This document shows, in pieces, positions 33,602 to 47,449 of a stretch of 64,000 nucleotides of DNA. The DNA lies in NCBI GenBank assembly GCA_951406725.2, contig OX597832.1, forward strand, positions 9,858,001 through 9,922,000. The letters are read 5' to 3'. The position numbers and the translations under genes were made by a program. Source of the stretch: Octopus vulgaris. Lineage: Eukaryota. Each line of letters opens with the position of its first letter. Within the stretch, counting starts at the first letter, position 1. The notes beneath the pieces are model-generated. The model was not told the origin of the DNA. It did not search any database and was given only the letters and a program-made list of their open reading frames with translations.

Positions 33602-33625
33602 CATTATTATTATTATTATTATTAC

Positions 33626-33661
<36 letters not shown>

Positions 33662-33682
33662 CATTATTATTATTATTATTAC

Positions 33683-33764
<82 letters not shown>

Positions 33765-33776
33765 ATTATTATTATT
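33366..33776. repeat. Compound (GTT)(CTT)(ATT)n microsatellite
   Basis: Direct observation. Confidence 0.97.
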
Positions 33777-34004
33777 CAAATTTTCAATTTTCTTCCAATA
33801 CCAATTCATTTTTATTCTAACTTGTTCTAGCAGAAGTTACATGTTACGCTTTTTTTTAATATCAAACTTACATTTTTATAAATGGGAATATCAAGACAGG
33901 TTTTTTTTTTAATCATTATAAATATTGTGATTCCTCCCCACACCAGATAAAATTTCGAATAATCAAAGATATTATCATTGTTGTCGTCATCGTCGTTGTT
34001 TTGG

Positions 34005-34212
34005 TTGCGCTCGCAGAATCTCTTACACGCCGGGTGAAATGCTTACAGGTATGTTGTCTGTCTTCACGTTCTGGGTTCAAATACTGCCAGGGTGGACTTT
34101 GCCTTTCATCCTTTTGGTGTCGATAAATTAAGTATCAGTTAGGTACTGAGGTCGATAAAATTGACTGGTCCTTTTCGCCTAAATTGCAGGCCTTGTGCCA
34201 ATAGTAGAATGG
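34005..34212 (+). mobile_element. SINE family A variant with ATT tail
   Basis: Core GACTTTGCCTTTCATCC..GTCGATAAATTAAGTA; tail AAATTGCAGGCCTTGTGCCAATAGTAGAATGG then (ATT)n. Confidence 0.8.
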
Positions 34213-34290
<78 letters not shown>

Positions 34291-34335
34291 ATTATCGTTA
34301 TCATTATTATTATTATCATTATTATTGTTATTATT

Positions 34336-34870
34336 GAGTGAGAGAGCATTGCATGCCATCAAAGTGACACTGGGGTAAAATATACGAAGCCCAGTATACC
34401 CATCATGACTACCCGTCTGATAAGGGCACACCAGGCACATGCATCACAACCATATGTGCGCGGCATGTTGATCTCATATCAAGATAAATAGCGCATGACC
34501 TTGCAGGTGGGGCCCAGCTAAAATTTTCTTCTGAAAAGATCCCTGAATAAGGATTGTTTAAGGATGTTGAACGAACCACCCATTTTTCCAAATTGTGAAT
34601 TATCAAAATCTCAAAGAATTCCTTTCAAAACCTGGTTATGAGGCTCCCCCACTAGTTCTGCTGGTGATTAGAGACGCATATATCTTCAGCCACTAAGAGA
34701 CATGCTCAACTGGTATATTCTCGAACAACTGACAAGCAAATCTGTGGTATTGAGCAGAAAATTTGCTGTAGCCCATCATTTATACCAAGGCAAAACAATG
34801 TACATGGTAACGCTTCCAATCAGTTAAGATCAGAAGCCATGAGAGCCACTGTCTTGTACTGCATCAGGGC
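34336..34870. mobile_element. About 535-bp non-coding, relatively GC-rich segment embedded between ATT arrays (probable interspersed repeat)
   Basis: Sharp boundaries against (ATT)n on both sides; no credible ORF and no terminal inverted repeats seen. Confidence 0.55.
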
Positions 34871-34904
34871 TATTATTATTATTATTGTTGTTATTATTAT
34901 TATT

Positions 34905-34963
<59 letters not shown>

Positions 34964-35011
34964 TAATAATAGTAATACTACTAATAATAATAATAACAAT
35001 AGTGTTGTTGT

Positions 35012-35228
35012 TAAGGCTGCGTGCTGGCAGAATCATTTCCATACCAGGCAAAATGCTTAAAAGTATTTCGTCTGTCGCTTTATTCTAAGTTCAACTTCTA
35101 CCGAGGTCAATTTTGCCTTACATCATTTCGAGGTCGCTTAAATAAGTATTAGTGAAATGCTGGGGTCGATGTAATCGAATAGTTCCTTCCCACTAAATTT
35201 CAGGCCTTATGTCTATAATAGACAGTAT
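35012..35228 (+). mobile_element. Degenerate SINE family A variant
   Basis: AAGGCTGCGTGCTGGCAGAATC head; AAATTTCAGGCCTT tail. Confidence 0.8.
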
Positions 35229-35769
35229 TGTTATTAATGTTGTTGACCGTGGTGGTGGTGGTAGTGTGGGTGATGGTGACGGGGTGGTGTTACTCTTTCT
35301 TTTAATAGTATTATTTGGATACCATTCATGTTCTTAATAACAATGTTAACGTTCTCTCGTTGTCATTTAACTTTGTCATAATATTATATATAAATACTGC
35401 ATAATAGAATCTATATTAGATAGAAAATGTGAAAAGATGAATATCTGTTACAGCTTATGATGTGGAAATTTAATAACAGCACAGCTTCGTAATTGTTTTC
35501 ATACATCTAAGGCAATCACACTACTAAAACTACTGTGTTTCTTTCACTATTCTTCTGCATGATTCTTTGCATGGAGTTATGTGACATTGTTTTCCAGTCT
35601 GCTAAATATAATGACGATCACGACGCCCTGAATGCACATGTAATACACTTTTGAATCAACAAATGAATCGCATGTTTCAAACACAATCAACTTAAACATA
35701 CGTAATGACTGCTTTTCAAATAGCAGAAATTATATTACTGTAAATTTATAATACCTCACGACTCGTGAT

Positions 35770-36060
<291 letters not shown>

Positions 36061-37699
36061 TACTGAAACATGCATTTTCATCTCTTTTTCTCTCTCTATC
36101 TCTCTCTCTATCTCTCTGTCGTTAGACATACATTCGCTAGCAAAAATAGTGGAGATAAGTGATCGACATTTTTCCTGGGAAGTAATGAGGCAACAAATAT
36201 TCTACAATTTAGTCGACTCTCCCTTTCAATTTCAATTAATACTTTCGTTAACTACATTAATTTTCTAGACGTTAGAAGCAAATTTAAAATGACATAAATC
36301 AAATGAAGAAATCTCCTACATTAACAGAGACTCTAATCATTGTCATTTACACTATTCAGTTGGCAGTCGTGTTTCAAACCTATCCTCAAATTATTTTCAA
36401 GTTATTTCAAGTTATTTTCAAATATTACAATGTTGCATTTCGAAGGTCCAATCTTAAGAATAGTATCAACTATATTGTTCTAAAAATAAAGGGACCTGTA
36501 GAGTAACGTAGACAGAGGGAAGTGTTATAGTATAATCCTCCATATTGCATAAATTTTTCTACAAATAGAGCTAGAAAATTCATAAAATCTATAAATACCC
36601 ATTTATGAGACCTGTAATGGAAAAATAGCGAAAGTTGTTGTAAGTTACAACATTCGAGATAAAATATCTTGCAAGTGATGATTACCAGGTAACTATCTCC
36701 TGTGAAATATATACCTGGAGAAAGTGATTCATTACAAATCAGCATCACTAACTTGTATGAAACTGCCCACCCAACCCCACCGTAAGAAAACTTATGTTGG
36801 ATGACGGGAAACAGAATCAAGGAATCTTATGCGCTGCTCTTTGCCTTCTTCTGAGGAAAGAAAGAAAATAACTCCTTTGTGGCGCAGAAACTTAAACAGA
36901 GAAGCAAGAATCTCATACAACTTGGATTATAATGGTTGTAGCGAGATGACGTGAGAGAAAATGCGAGTCTTTGTATAACATCAAAATTAAATAATATAAT
37001 ATCAATGGCAAACCTTTTTGCATCTTAGGAGAGAAAGTTTCCATCCTTGTATCCAATGGTAACATTTCATACTCTACGATTCGAAGTATGAAACATCAGT
37101 GACTTTGAAAACATAATCAAATTTGTGCATGTTCATTATATACACAATATGCAATAGATATGTATATGCATTACATACATATACACCAAAGAAGTCATGC
37201 TAGATTTCATATCTACATATATATACATATGCACTGCATAAACTTGAGTGCTAGTCAATTATTGAAAGATAAGGAACATTTCTTTGGGCGTTCGTGACAG
37301 AGTTTGTAAATTTTCGTAGATATATCTTTGCATCAGAGAATGAAAATATGTAGTGAATAGCTGATTGCAATAGATATGGTTAAGTTGGCGTGCGGATTAG
37401 CGAGGCAACTTGTATATGGTTAGATGTTTTTCGCATTCCTAGTACTTATATTGACTCAAGCAATAAATACGCATCAATATAACATTATAAGGATACGATC
37501 AAACAAATACGATCAAACATAGAAAATAACATCCTTCTACATTGCGTATTACATATGGCACCAAATCATCGGTAGAATGTACAACCAATGTTTTGTTTTT
37601 AGTTACAAATTTAGGTTTGCATCTAGGTAGTTAACCACACAATGATCTTTTTCTATAAATATATCTAAACCATAATTCTTAAATAATTTGTAAATTTGT

Positions 37700-38360
37700 T
37701 TCTTTTTATTTTCTCATGATGTATCAGTGCAGTTTTTTTAATTATAAAGATTAGGTCGTCCCTATAAAACTTCCTTCTATGTTAAGATGTTCTAACGCAA
37801 TTCAGGTAAAAGGTATATTGCTACTAAAATCTGTTATTTGTGCAGAGACTGGGGCTCCCATGGGTATATCGAAGCAATCCCTTGTCTTTCCAAGCCCATA
37901 GTTTATTTTTATGTCTAATTAGGGATTCCAAACCGCTAGTACTATTTTAACTTTATCACTTGTAAACTTAACCTTTCTCAAAGCTAATATAAGCGCCTTA
38001 TTAAGAATAATCACGTTAATAGTTGAATAGTAATTTTCTATATCTATTTGATGAACTTCCACCTATTTTGATCTTTAATATTTATAAACCAATTTAAAGT
38101 ATCTCGGCTCCAACTCCAGAGTTTAAGGTTATTTAACGTATTAAGTTTATCTATATAATTGTCTAATATACGTCTACTGAGTCTTCCTCTATCGGATTTA
38201 CATGGGCACATCCGTCTTATTAGCGAGTTAGAATTTAAAAAAAATTATGATCCTGAATGGTTATTCTAGGATGAATAGGGACATTTGGTTCAATCCTATT
38301 TCCAAACAACAGTGTTGATTAAATCAATCTTCTTTCCCCACAGACTAATAACAAGTAAGT
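37700..38360 (-). mobile_element. Penelope-like element RT relic
   Basis: Minus translations in order: ITIQDH, CPCKSDRGRLSRRILD..LKLW..TLNWF, IDIENYYSTI..LNKAL, FDIPMGAP (37851-37873), YRDDLI (37755-37766). Confidence 0.8.
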
Positions 38361-38635
38361 TATATCAATTTAAAAAAAAATGTTTCAAAATGTTTTTTTA
38401 AATACTATCTATAGTAGTTTTTTAATGCTTATATTATTTTATTGAATATATATTTCTATTCCATACAATAATTTATACTGTAATAGGAGTTGCAGTTCTA
38501 TTAGTAACATCCCAAAGTCGTAATAATAGTATAAATGATACTGTTTATATTATATTAGTAAAGTGTAAAATAGTAAATTTCCTGATGACATGGAGTGCTT
38601 ATTATTCCCTAAGTTTGTTAAAACATTCATATATA

Positions 38636-38694
<59 letters not shown>

Positions 38695-38807
38695 ACACCT
38701 ATATATATACATATGTATACACAAATACATATTCATATAATATATATATAGAGAGAGACATATATATATATATGTACATATACATACATGAATACATATG
38801 CATATAT

Positions 38808-38855
<48 letters not shown>

Positions 38856-38979
38856 GTATATACATATATATATACACATAATATACACACATAGAAGCGT
38901 GCATGCAGTGAGATACAGTGTTGCCTTATCTGTAGTGGTTACTCTCCTACATTTGATGTTTACTCATTTATGTATCTGA

Positions 38980-39024
<45 letters not shown>

Positions 39025-39146
39025 AATACTATGCATTTAAATATTCTAAAATTTGTTTGCCATACTTAGTGTTGAAAAAGTCTCAAAGACTGAAACTGGT
39101 AGTGAAATCTTTTCTATAAAAATATGTTAGTATTTCCTGCCTTGAC

Positions 39147-39257
<111 letters not shown>

Positions 39258-39899
39258 CAAGAAAAATGAAGTATAAAATTTATAATTACATTGAATATTA
39301 TTTACTTCAAAAATTGTTTTGCAGAACGTAATTTACCTGGATATTGTCTCTAGTTTTTGTATGTATATGATAAAATTTCTTGTTAAATATACGCTGCAGT
39401 AATTTTCAATGTATATGTTTTGGAGGTATTCCAACAAAATCAAAATTTATCTCGAAATAAGTAACTGTAATCTGTATTTTAAATTGTTACACAACGTTCA
39501 ACTGCGAATATCTCAACTAAGATTTTATTTTTGCGATTATAATGAGGATAATATTCATTCTTAATTGCCGTTTAATCAGTATAATTATTATTTCATTTTT
39601 TATTTTTTCTAGATATACAATTTCAAAAAGGGAAAATTGTGTTACAAACAAATTATCTCGTCCTATATTTCTTGAAGCACTTTATAATATTCCCCATCAT
39701 CATCATTCCCTCACTATCACCACCTCCACAATTACCAGCCTCCTATTTACCATTATAACTATCGTCCTCATTGCTATTGTTATTATTCTTACTTCAAAAC
39801 CATTTTGGTTTGAAAATCGAGAATATGGACCATGTTTGTTGAACATAACATATACCCATACAACACTAACTGTGTATCAAATTTTATTCGTTGTTGGGG

Positions 39900-41190
39900 G
39901 TCTTGTTATTGCTCAGATTGTGTAAAATGTTTAAAAGCGATTGGTAACTCCGAAGACACGGATGTTTGGATTCAAAGTCAGCGTTGAAATGATGATTCGC
40001 ACTTCACCTATGTATTGAAATATAGAATGTTTCCTCACAAACTTGCTACAGCGAATAATGTTAAAACACTTTCTTCTGGAAGAAGTATCCAGATGAGAAA
40101 TTGTGGGTAGATGTATGTAGCAACAAATTATCCTCATCTTATTGCATGCCTGTTTCATCCGATCACAACGTTTTACAATGATTATTAAAGGTATTAATTC
40201 TTTATATTTAACTACATTTAGTAGTTCCTCAAATTCAATCTCTTCCCCCAAAGATTTTATCTCATCTCCAAATAGTTCTTTCAATCTTCTATACCTCTCG
40301 TTGTCAATCACCACACTTTTGATGTGTTCCGGGTAACATTGTGTTGGCAGTTGAATCCTTATGCCACTTTTAAACTTCGTTATTTCCGCCCTGTGGCTGT
40401 GCTTTTCACATATGTGACTACATACCAATTTTTCTTATTCCTATTTACTTGTTCCGGAACTGGGCCGCCTGGGCTAGTCGTTCCCCTTGGTATCTCCGCC
40501 TGTGCATCAGAATAATCATCCACGATTATGTCTTCCACCCTATGTTGCGATACCTCTGCTGCTATATCTGACCAGTTCCTCGGTACCTCCTGTATTTTCA
40601 CCTCTATTTCCTTCATTGTTTTGGAGCTCTCTTGCGGAGAGCTCCCCTGCTATTCCCCTTTCGCCTATTTACGACATTAAATTACTCCCCTTTTATTTTA
40701 ATTTTTTACAGCCCCTCCGCTTCGGCGGGTATTCCTTCGTGTTGTTGTTCCTATACTTTACTTTCTTCCTGAGGGCACCTTGCTCTCCTGCGCCCTCTTT
40801 GTTTACACAGAAAATATGTTGCAGGTCTTCCCTCCACCACCACTCTTAACGTAAAGTCTTCTGGTAGACAAATCTCTTCTACACTTCCGAGTAGGTCTTT
40901 TAACTCAACTTGCATCGCCATCTCTATGCCGTTGCCCCAGAAGGTAACTTTCTTCGTACTGGTTATCTTCAAAATTCTTGCATCTTCCTCCATTCCGTGC
41001 ATGACCGCTGCCATTAGCCATACCTCTTCGATCTCGGTAGGCACTCTGCCGACTCTCACTATGGCAACATGTTTTCCACAGTACGTCGGCAGCAGCACCC
41101 ACTCTTGTGTCATCGGCTCAGTGGAATGTTTAATTTTGTCCTCCTCGTTGGAGAACCTAACATCCACGTCTTTAGAATGTGGTTAGTCAT
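39900..41190 (-). pseudogene. Gag/ORF1-like retroelement relic with a degenerate CCHC zinc knuckle
   Basis: ORF 40751-41167 contains VRVGRVP..LRVVVEGRPATYFLCKQRGRRRARCP (degenerate CX2CX4HX4C); continues through broken ORFs 40380-40616 and 39931-40428. Confidence 0.6.
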
Positions 41191-41379
41191 TTCACGGAAC
41201 GTAGACATTCCTCAATTGCTTCTATTGGAGTAATCTCTAATTTTTTGGTAGCTGTTGATAACGTTATTTTCATAACGTTATATGGCAAACGAAAATTGAA
41301 CACCGGAATAATTAAAATGGTTCTTATATGAAGTGGATGTTTGTGTTTACATTGATCTGATTGAGGGCGTTATATGAAC

Positions 41380-41900
41380 TACGTCCTCAAAGCATTGGAT
41401 TGCTTGATTATTCTTTGCAAATAATTATCTGCTACCTATCACTTGCATTGTACCACAATCATTGATATGTATGCTCCTATAATTGAGACAGTGACTGAGG
41501 CTGAAAACCAATGTCACAGGGAAATATATTATGTAATGCATAAAGCATGTCAAATTTATTTTGCTGGGTGATTTCAGTTTAATAGAAGTACATTCTAAAA
41601 TATGGAAGTGCGAATTACGAGAAAAGCTTACTTATTTAGCATATAGATTCTAGTTAAATATTAAATTCAATTTAATAATAAGGAATCCATTGTATTAATT
41701 AAAACGAGCTTTTTTCAATTTGGCAAGCAAAGGTTTGTCACTACAGTAAATCTACTATCATATGAACCCACGAACAACACGATATAATGTTACATAAATC
41801 ATATCTGAAGCTGACATCTGCACAGCTAACATGGTTTCCAGAAGAGCTCTAATGCAGGATCAGTAGATCTAAATAGAATAGGAAATCTGACATTTGTTTT
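41380..41900 (+). mobile_element. Possible decayed LINE apurinic-endonuclease relic
   Basis: TTIIDMYAP and ILLGDFS (compare IIQVYAPT and IILGDFN). Confidence 0.4.
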
Positions 41901-43234
41901 TACATTTTACACTGTCAACGCTTCTCCAGTATTATCTAGACTTGAAATGAATTAGTGGAATAATTTGCTGAATAAATGTTCAAATATGTTTTTTTTCCGA
42001 TAAGGATGTATTTAGATCAGGTTAATTCACAGCAAAATGCCTAGAGAATATTTAAAACCAGGTTTCCTGCTTTCTAAATGATAAGGAGAAAGTTTGCTGC
42101 AAGTATGCCGAGTTCAGAATTCAAGCAATGAAGAATTATTAGTGACAAGGCAGAGCAGATAAAATACTGAACCAAGCAGGAATGCTGCGCATTAAATTTT
42201 TAGTAGGATGCTACAGCCCAACCAGAAATCTTCCTTCGGCAATAAAATGCATGGTTACTGATAAGTTCAAGTAGTTGACAACAATCGATGGAAAGGTGAT
42301 TACTTTTTCACTTTTGACAGAAAAAGGTATAGTCGACTACTGTATACAAGTATAATAGAAACAGACACGGCAAAGATTTTCGAATGGATTCAAAATCATT
42401 TCAATTACAACTGATCCAGATGAGTTGAATCATCTCCGTAAAAATATCGTTTCTCATATTTGTAAATTTGACAATATACAGTAATTAAGGACGTAAAATT
42501 CGCTAGAAATTTATAAGGTCTTACAATCTACCGGAAAACACATAATCAGATATATTTAGATTAATAGATGCAATTTAATTTAAATATCAAACTCATAGAA
42601 TTTCCTTTGTGCACTGAATATCTCTAAAGGATACATTTTGCAGGTGAATGTAAAACAGCTGGAATTCTGTCTGAAGATTTATGCCAAATTAAAGTATTAT
42701 GGTTATTATGCTGTACCTGTCTTGAACATAACATCGCTCCTTTTATATATGGTATAAATCTAGCTCAGCATTCACGTAATCGGAATTGATTTCTGACACA
42801 AATACATAGCTTCAGGTTTCTTATATTTTATTTGCATGTGTATGTGTATTTCTGGAGGGTAGTGTTGTTATATCTTATCATTGTCGACCACAACATTTAT
42901 TTTACCGACATATCTGGAATGGCTAGCAAATTTGATGTTTGTGAGAGGTGAATCCAAATGCTAAAGTGATAAATTTAAACGCAAGCCTTAATTAAATCCA
43001 CCTTGGCTGTCCCTAATCAAATCAATGTTGGAATTTATGATATATTATGAATATAATAATGCATTCGTATCTTGTGAGTAAAGCTACATGCGGCAGAAAC
43101 CCAAATGTGTATATCATACAAATTATTGTCAAATATCCTCCTCAAGCTACCTATATATTTCAACGTTATCGGTCACCTATGGCATATATAATATTACTCC
43201 ACTGCACGGGCCGCTGCGCCATCGCAGGAATACT

Positions 43235-43380
43235 CAGTCTTGTCGGCTGAGTGGGTTGGAACAGCGTGAAATAAAGAGTGTATGTTGCTTAACAATATAA
43301 CGTATAACTTGATCCAAGAATCGAAACCAAAATATTGCGTTCTCTATTGCAACCCCATAACTATTAACCCACATGCCTCC
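43235..43380 (-). mobile_element. Degenerate tRNA-headed SINE
   Basis: Minus strand begins GGAGGCATGTGGGTTAATAGTTA and carries B-box GTTTCGATTC. Confidence 0.5.
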
Positions 43381-45301
43381 ACTGTATAACAAAAGCGTGC
43401 ACACGCACACACGCACGCGTACACGCACACACACACATGCACACGCATCCACTCACGTATGCATATCTATGTGTGTGCCTAAAGAAAATGAAACCAAGAA
43501 ATTAATACATTTCTACCAGTAATGTTGCCCCTTCCGTGAAGAACTAGCTTCTAAATTGAAACGGAAATTATCTGTCACTTTATCAGATGGAATGTAGAAT
43601 ATACTATTAAAACCTATTTTTCAGTGACAGACTAAAGACATTTTGTAATATTTAAGATTCCCCAGAGGTTTTACTGCTGTAGTATTCGTAAACAAATTTT
43701 GGACATGCTTAACTATGTAGAACTGAATATATTTTAGTAAATTTCCTCCTTTCGTTTATATTTAGTATATAGTTTTCTTTTAATTTGCAGCGTAATTACA
43801 GTATATGTTTTCCAGAGCGTTTTACCAATAACATCTCTGTATATTAAGTATAGTTTATTGTAGGGTTAATGGTAGTTTTATAGTGGTATCTTCATGTCGC
43901 GTGTGTTTTGTAGTTTCATATTATTGGAACTTTTAGCTTATGCTTCTTGTTTCAGTGTGGTGTGATTATATATTTAAAGGTATAAGCTGGACACTCATGA
44001 TGCTTCGACGAATAAGGTTTCTGCAAGATACACCTGCACATTATTTTTAATTCAATGGCTTGTTGTGTCGCCTCATGAGTGAATTTAAACCCATCTGGGA
44101 TTTTCAGATTTTCAGATTCGATTGCAGACCTGAATGTATTGTTCTTCGTCGTTTGGGGTTTATTAGCGTCTCTGTTCTTAGAAATGTTGATCCTAATTGG
44201 TTCATATTTTGAAATTGCTTCCTATTTCCATGTTACCATGCTTAAACGAACATTTTTACAAGCTGGTTGTAGAGGTTCCTTAGAACGAGTGGTGTGCTAA
44301 CGGCCTTAGTCTTTGGCACCAGGTCCTACATGAAAATAGAATGCTTTAGGTACGTGAGTGTCTTCTATGCATACCACATGGGCACCTGCTTCTTGTTAAC
44401 GAGATTTTTTGCAGCTAAAAAAATACATCTCCTGTTGTTGGTTTTGGGTGGAGTTCGTCCTACCCTTTGACATTTCAGCGGAAGTGAAATCCATTTATAT
44501 TGCACCACTCTCTATATAGCTATTTCACACAGAGATATTCGCCGCTGCGTATGGCTTTTTGATCTGTATGGCTAAGTTGATGATTTCTTCCACTCTGGGT
44601 CGATATCTACCGAGATTTGATTTTTCTTTTTACATAAACGTTGATTATATCATCTTCCAATTAACCCTGAAATCAGAATGTTGTCACATCGTTTAGAAAG
44701 GTGATAATTACCGTGACTATTTGACCCTGTATTGGGTGTCTAGATGTTGGCTGATGGAAAACCTCAATCTACATAATGTTCAGTTTTTAAGCCGAAAGTT
44801 ATATCGGTTTTAGGAAAAAAACATTAACCGTTGTATAGATGTATTAGTAAAAGAGTGATATCAAAGCACAGTCCTGCGTAATGAGACGTTAGCATAGACG
44901 ATGTTGTCAGATTTTCATGCAGTATATGGGGCGTTGACGCTGGAAAATAGAGGTATTCGCTTCACTGAAAATCCAGAAGATCGCCAAAGAGCACAACAAG
45001 GATTGTTGGTTAGTAAGTACTTTCATTGTGGTGATACAGGTTATTTCTGGAAAGTCCTGGATATGTCGTGACGCCTCACACAGATAGTTAAAAAAAGTAT
45101 ATTTATTTTTAACATTTTTCAGTGTTCCCTATTATGAAACGTGAGACACCATCTGATCTGCAAACTTTAAATTCGAACTTATATGTTAGTGTAATGGTCC
45201 CTGTGACCTCTATTGCTTAAAACCTGTTTTGCAGCCACGCTAGAAGTGTTGCGTAAAGAGCTGCCGATGAAAGTGTGCATATAAAGATTATGATCGATAT
45301 A

Positions 45302-45333
<32 letters not shown>

Positions 45334-45993
45334 TCCGTGTGTGTGTTTATTTTAATTCGAGCATACGTTGTTCTATGATTGTGTAACTGTCTTTCGACCA
45401 TATTTTCTCTACCAAAGATGAACTAATATATTCCAGCAATGAATCTTTACTGTTCCGCTGTGTAACTATTTTTAAATTCTACAAATACTGTTTAGAATGA
45501 AACATGATGTTTTATTTTGTATATGATTGGATGTGCAATCATGCTCTACATTTACCGAGATTACTACTGTGTTTACATGTGTTTGTAATATAGAAGAGTA
45601 GCACGGCTTCAATAATTTTATCATAATCACCGAGTACAAAATTTCGACGCGTATGTTTTTTATTAGGATAAATATTATAGATGACAACTTTATAACAAAT
45701 TGATAGAAATATTTATATTTCCCCTGCCAGCATCAACAGGTTTATGTATATATTAAAGTTTGCAGTAGCCAGGATTTTTCTTCTTTATTTGATGTTGCAT
45801 ATATATTTCCTCAACAACGTACACGGGAGTAGAATTACTTGCTACAATGTTTTCTTTAAATATATAACAATACGTTAATCAGTATCGCATCCTCAGTTTT
45901 ATTTCATTAAAATTCATTTCATTCCTATGTTGTTAATGGTGACCGATTTCATTTCTCTTTAAATAAATTATTAAATTATATTTCCAGTAATAA

Positions 45994-46032
<39 letters not shown>

Positions 46033-46098
46033 CCTATCTATTTGTGTGTCTGTCTTTCTGCCTGCCTCTCTCTCTCTCTCTCTCTCTCTCATTATATA

Positions 46099-46143
<45 letters not shown>

Positions 46144-46159
46144 AAATATATATACATAA

Positions 46160-46365
46160 TTCTTTTATTCTTCTATTTCAGTAATTTGACTTCGACCATG
46201 CTAGAGCACCATCTTTAGTAAAAGAAATCGACCCAAAGTATTTTTCTTTATTACGCAAGTAATTTTTCTATCGGTTTCTTTTGCGGAACAGCTAAGTTAC
46301 AGGGCCCATCCATACGCCAACATCGGTTGTCAAAATCCATGTTGGCAGACAAAGATAGACACATA
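46160..46365 (-). mobile_element. SINE family B, 3' portion
   Basis: Reverse complement of the 8935-9115-type tail (CATGCTAGAGCACC, CTAAGTTAC, CATCGGTTGTCAA). Confidence 0.7.
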
Positions 46366-47449
46366 AATATATACATATATACATGCATGCATACATAATA
46401 TACATTATATATATATATATATCAAATTCCTGAATGTATGTAATTATCATATCCTCAATGTTCGCTTCTTGATCATATTAGTAATGGATATCGTATCATG
46501 GTTTATTCTCATTCCTCTTACCGCAGTGTTATTAGAATAGTACAATAGAGCTTATATTTTACTTTTACAAATTCTATGAATAGGATGCCTTATACATTTC
46601 CTTTAATATATAAAATAACGCCAAATGGAAATTCTAATTTGGTATCCTTTGAAATGCTAGATTTTCAGGATATATATTTCTTGTGCAATAGAACACATTA
46701 ATCAAAGATGGTTAGTCCATGATGTTTAATTAAAGTATTTATCAATAAATGTAGGATATTATTCTTGCAATATATTAGAAAGCATCATTCAACTATCACC
46801 TAATAAAATTGCATATCAAAATTTATTAATAATCAATAATGGTCATATGTATATATCCCCATCGCTTGTTCCAAAAATCGTACGTTATACGTTACTTCAG
46901 AAGTCATTCTGCTCACAGTTCTAAGCTCAGATCACTATTGTTTGATATATTTATGAATTTCTTCTACTTCGAGCCTAACAATATATGTATATTTTCTCAG
47001 AATTATTTAAATAACAACCGTGCGGATTTGAGATGGGACTGTTGTCAAACAAATACCATTGAGGATATTTTATAGTTTAATATACCACCAAATAAAGAAA
47101 GAAAATACATCATATATTCAAAATGAATCCCACTTAGTGATCGTATGATGATATTTGATAATATAATAATCAGTAGGGAATGTTTAAAACAAATATTGGT
47201 GCTTGATATTTGATCTATAAATTAACTTTAATCAATTTGTTTTTGTTTTTGCTTTTGTATTGCCGAATTATTAGCTGGATTTTACTCATACACACTTAAT
47301 GAAAGTTGTAATGATGTTCTCTTGCCAAAAGGATTTCTCTTTTCGTAAATATCTGAGATATTTGGAGTTTATTCAAGACAGAAAAGAATCGCATTAATGC
47401 ACATATATTTGCAAACAATTAAGAATGTTTACCCCAGTTAGTGTATGAA

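Noticed and set aside
33300-33830. Poly-Asn/Ile ORFs
   Set aside because: Triplet microsatellite.
43600-45060. Possible decayed PLE/GIY-YIG region
   Set aside because: Only faint hints and no diagnostic motif recovered.
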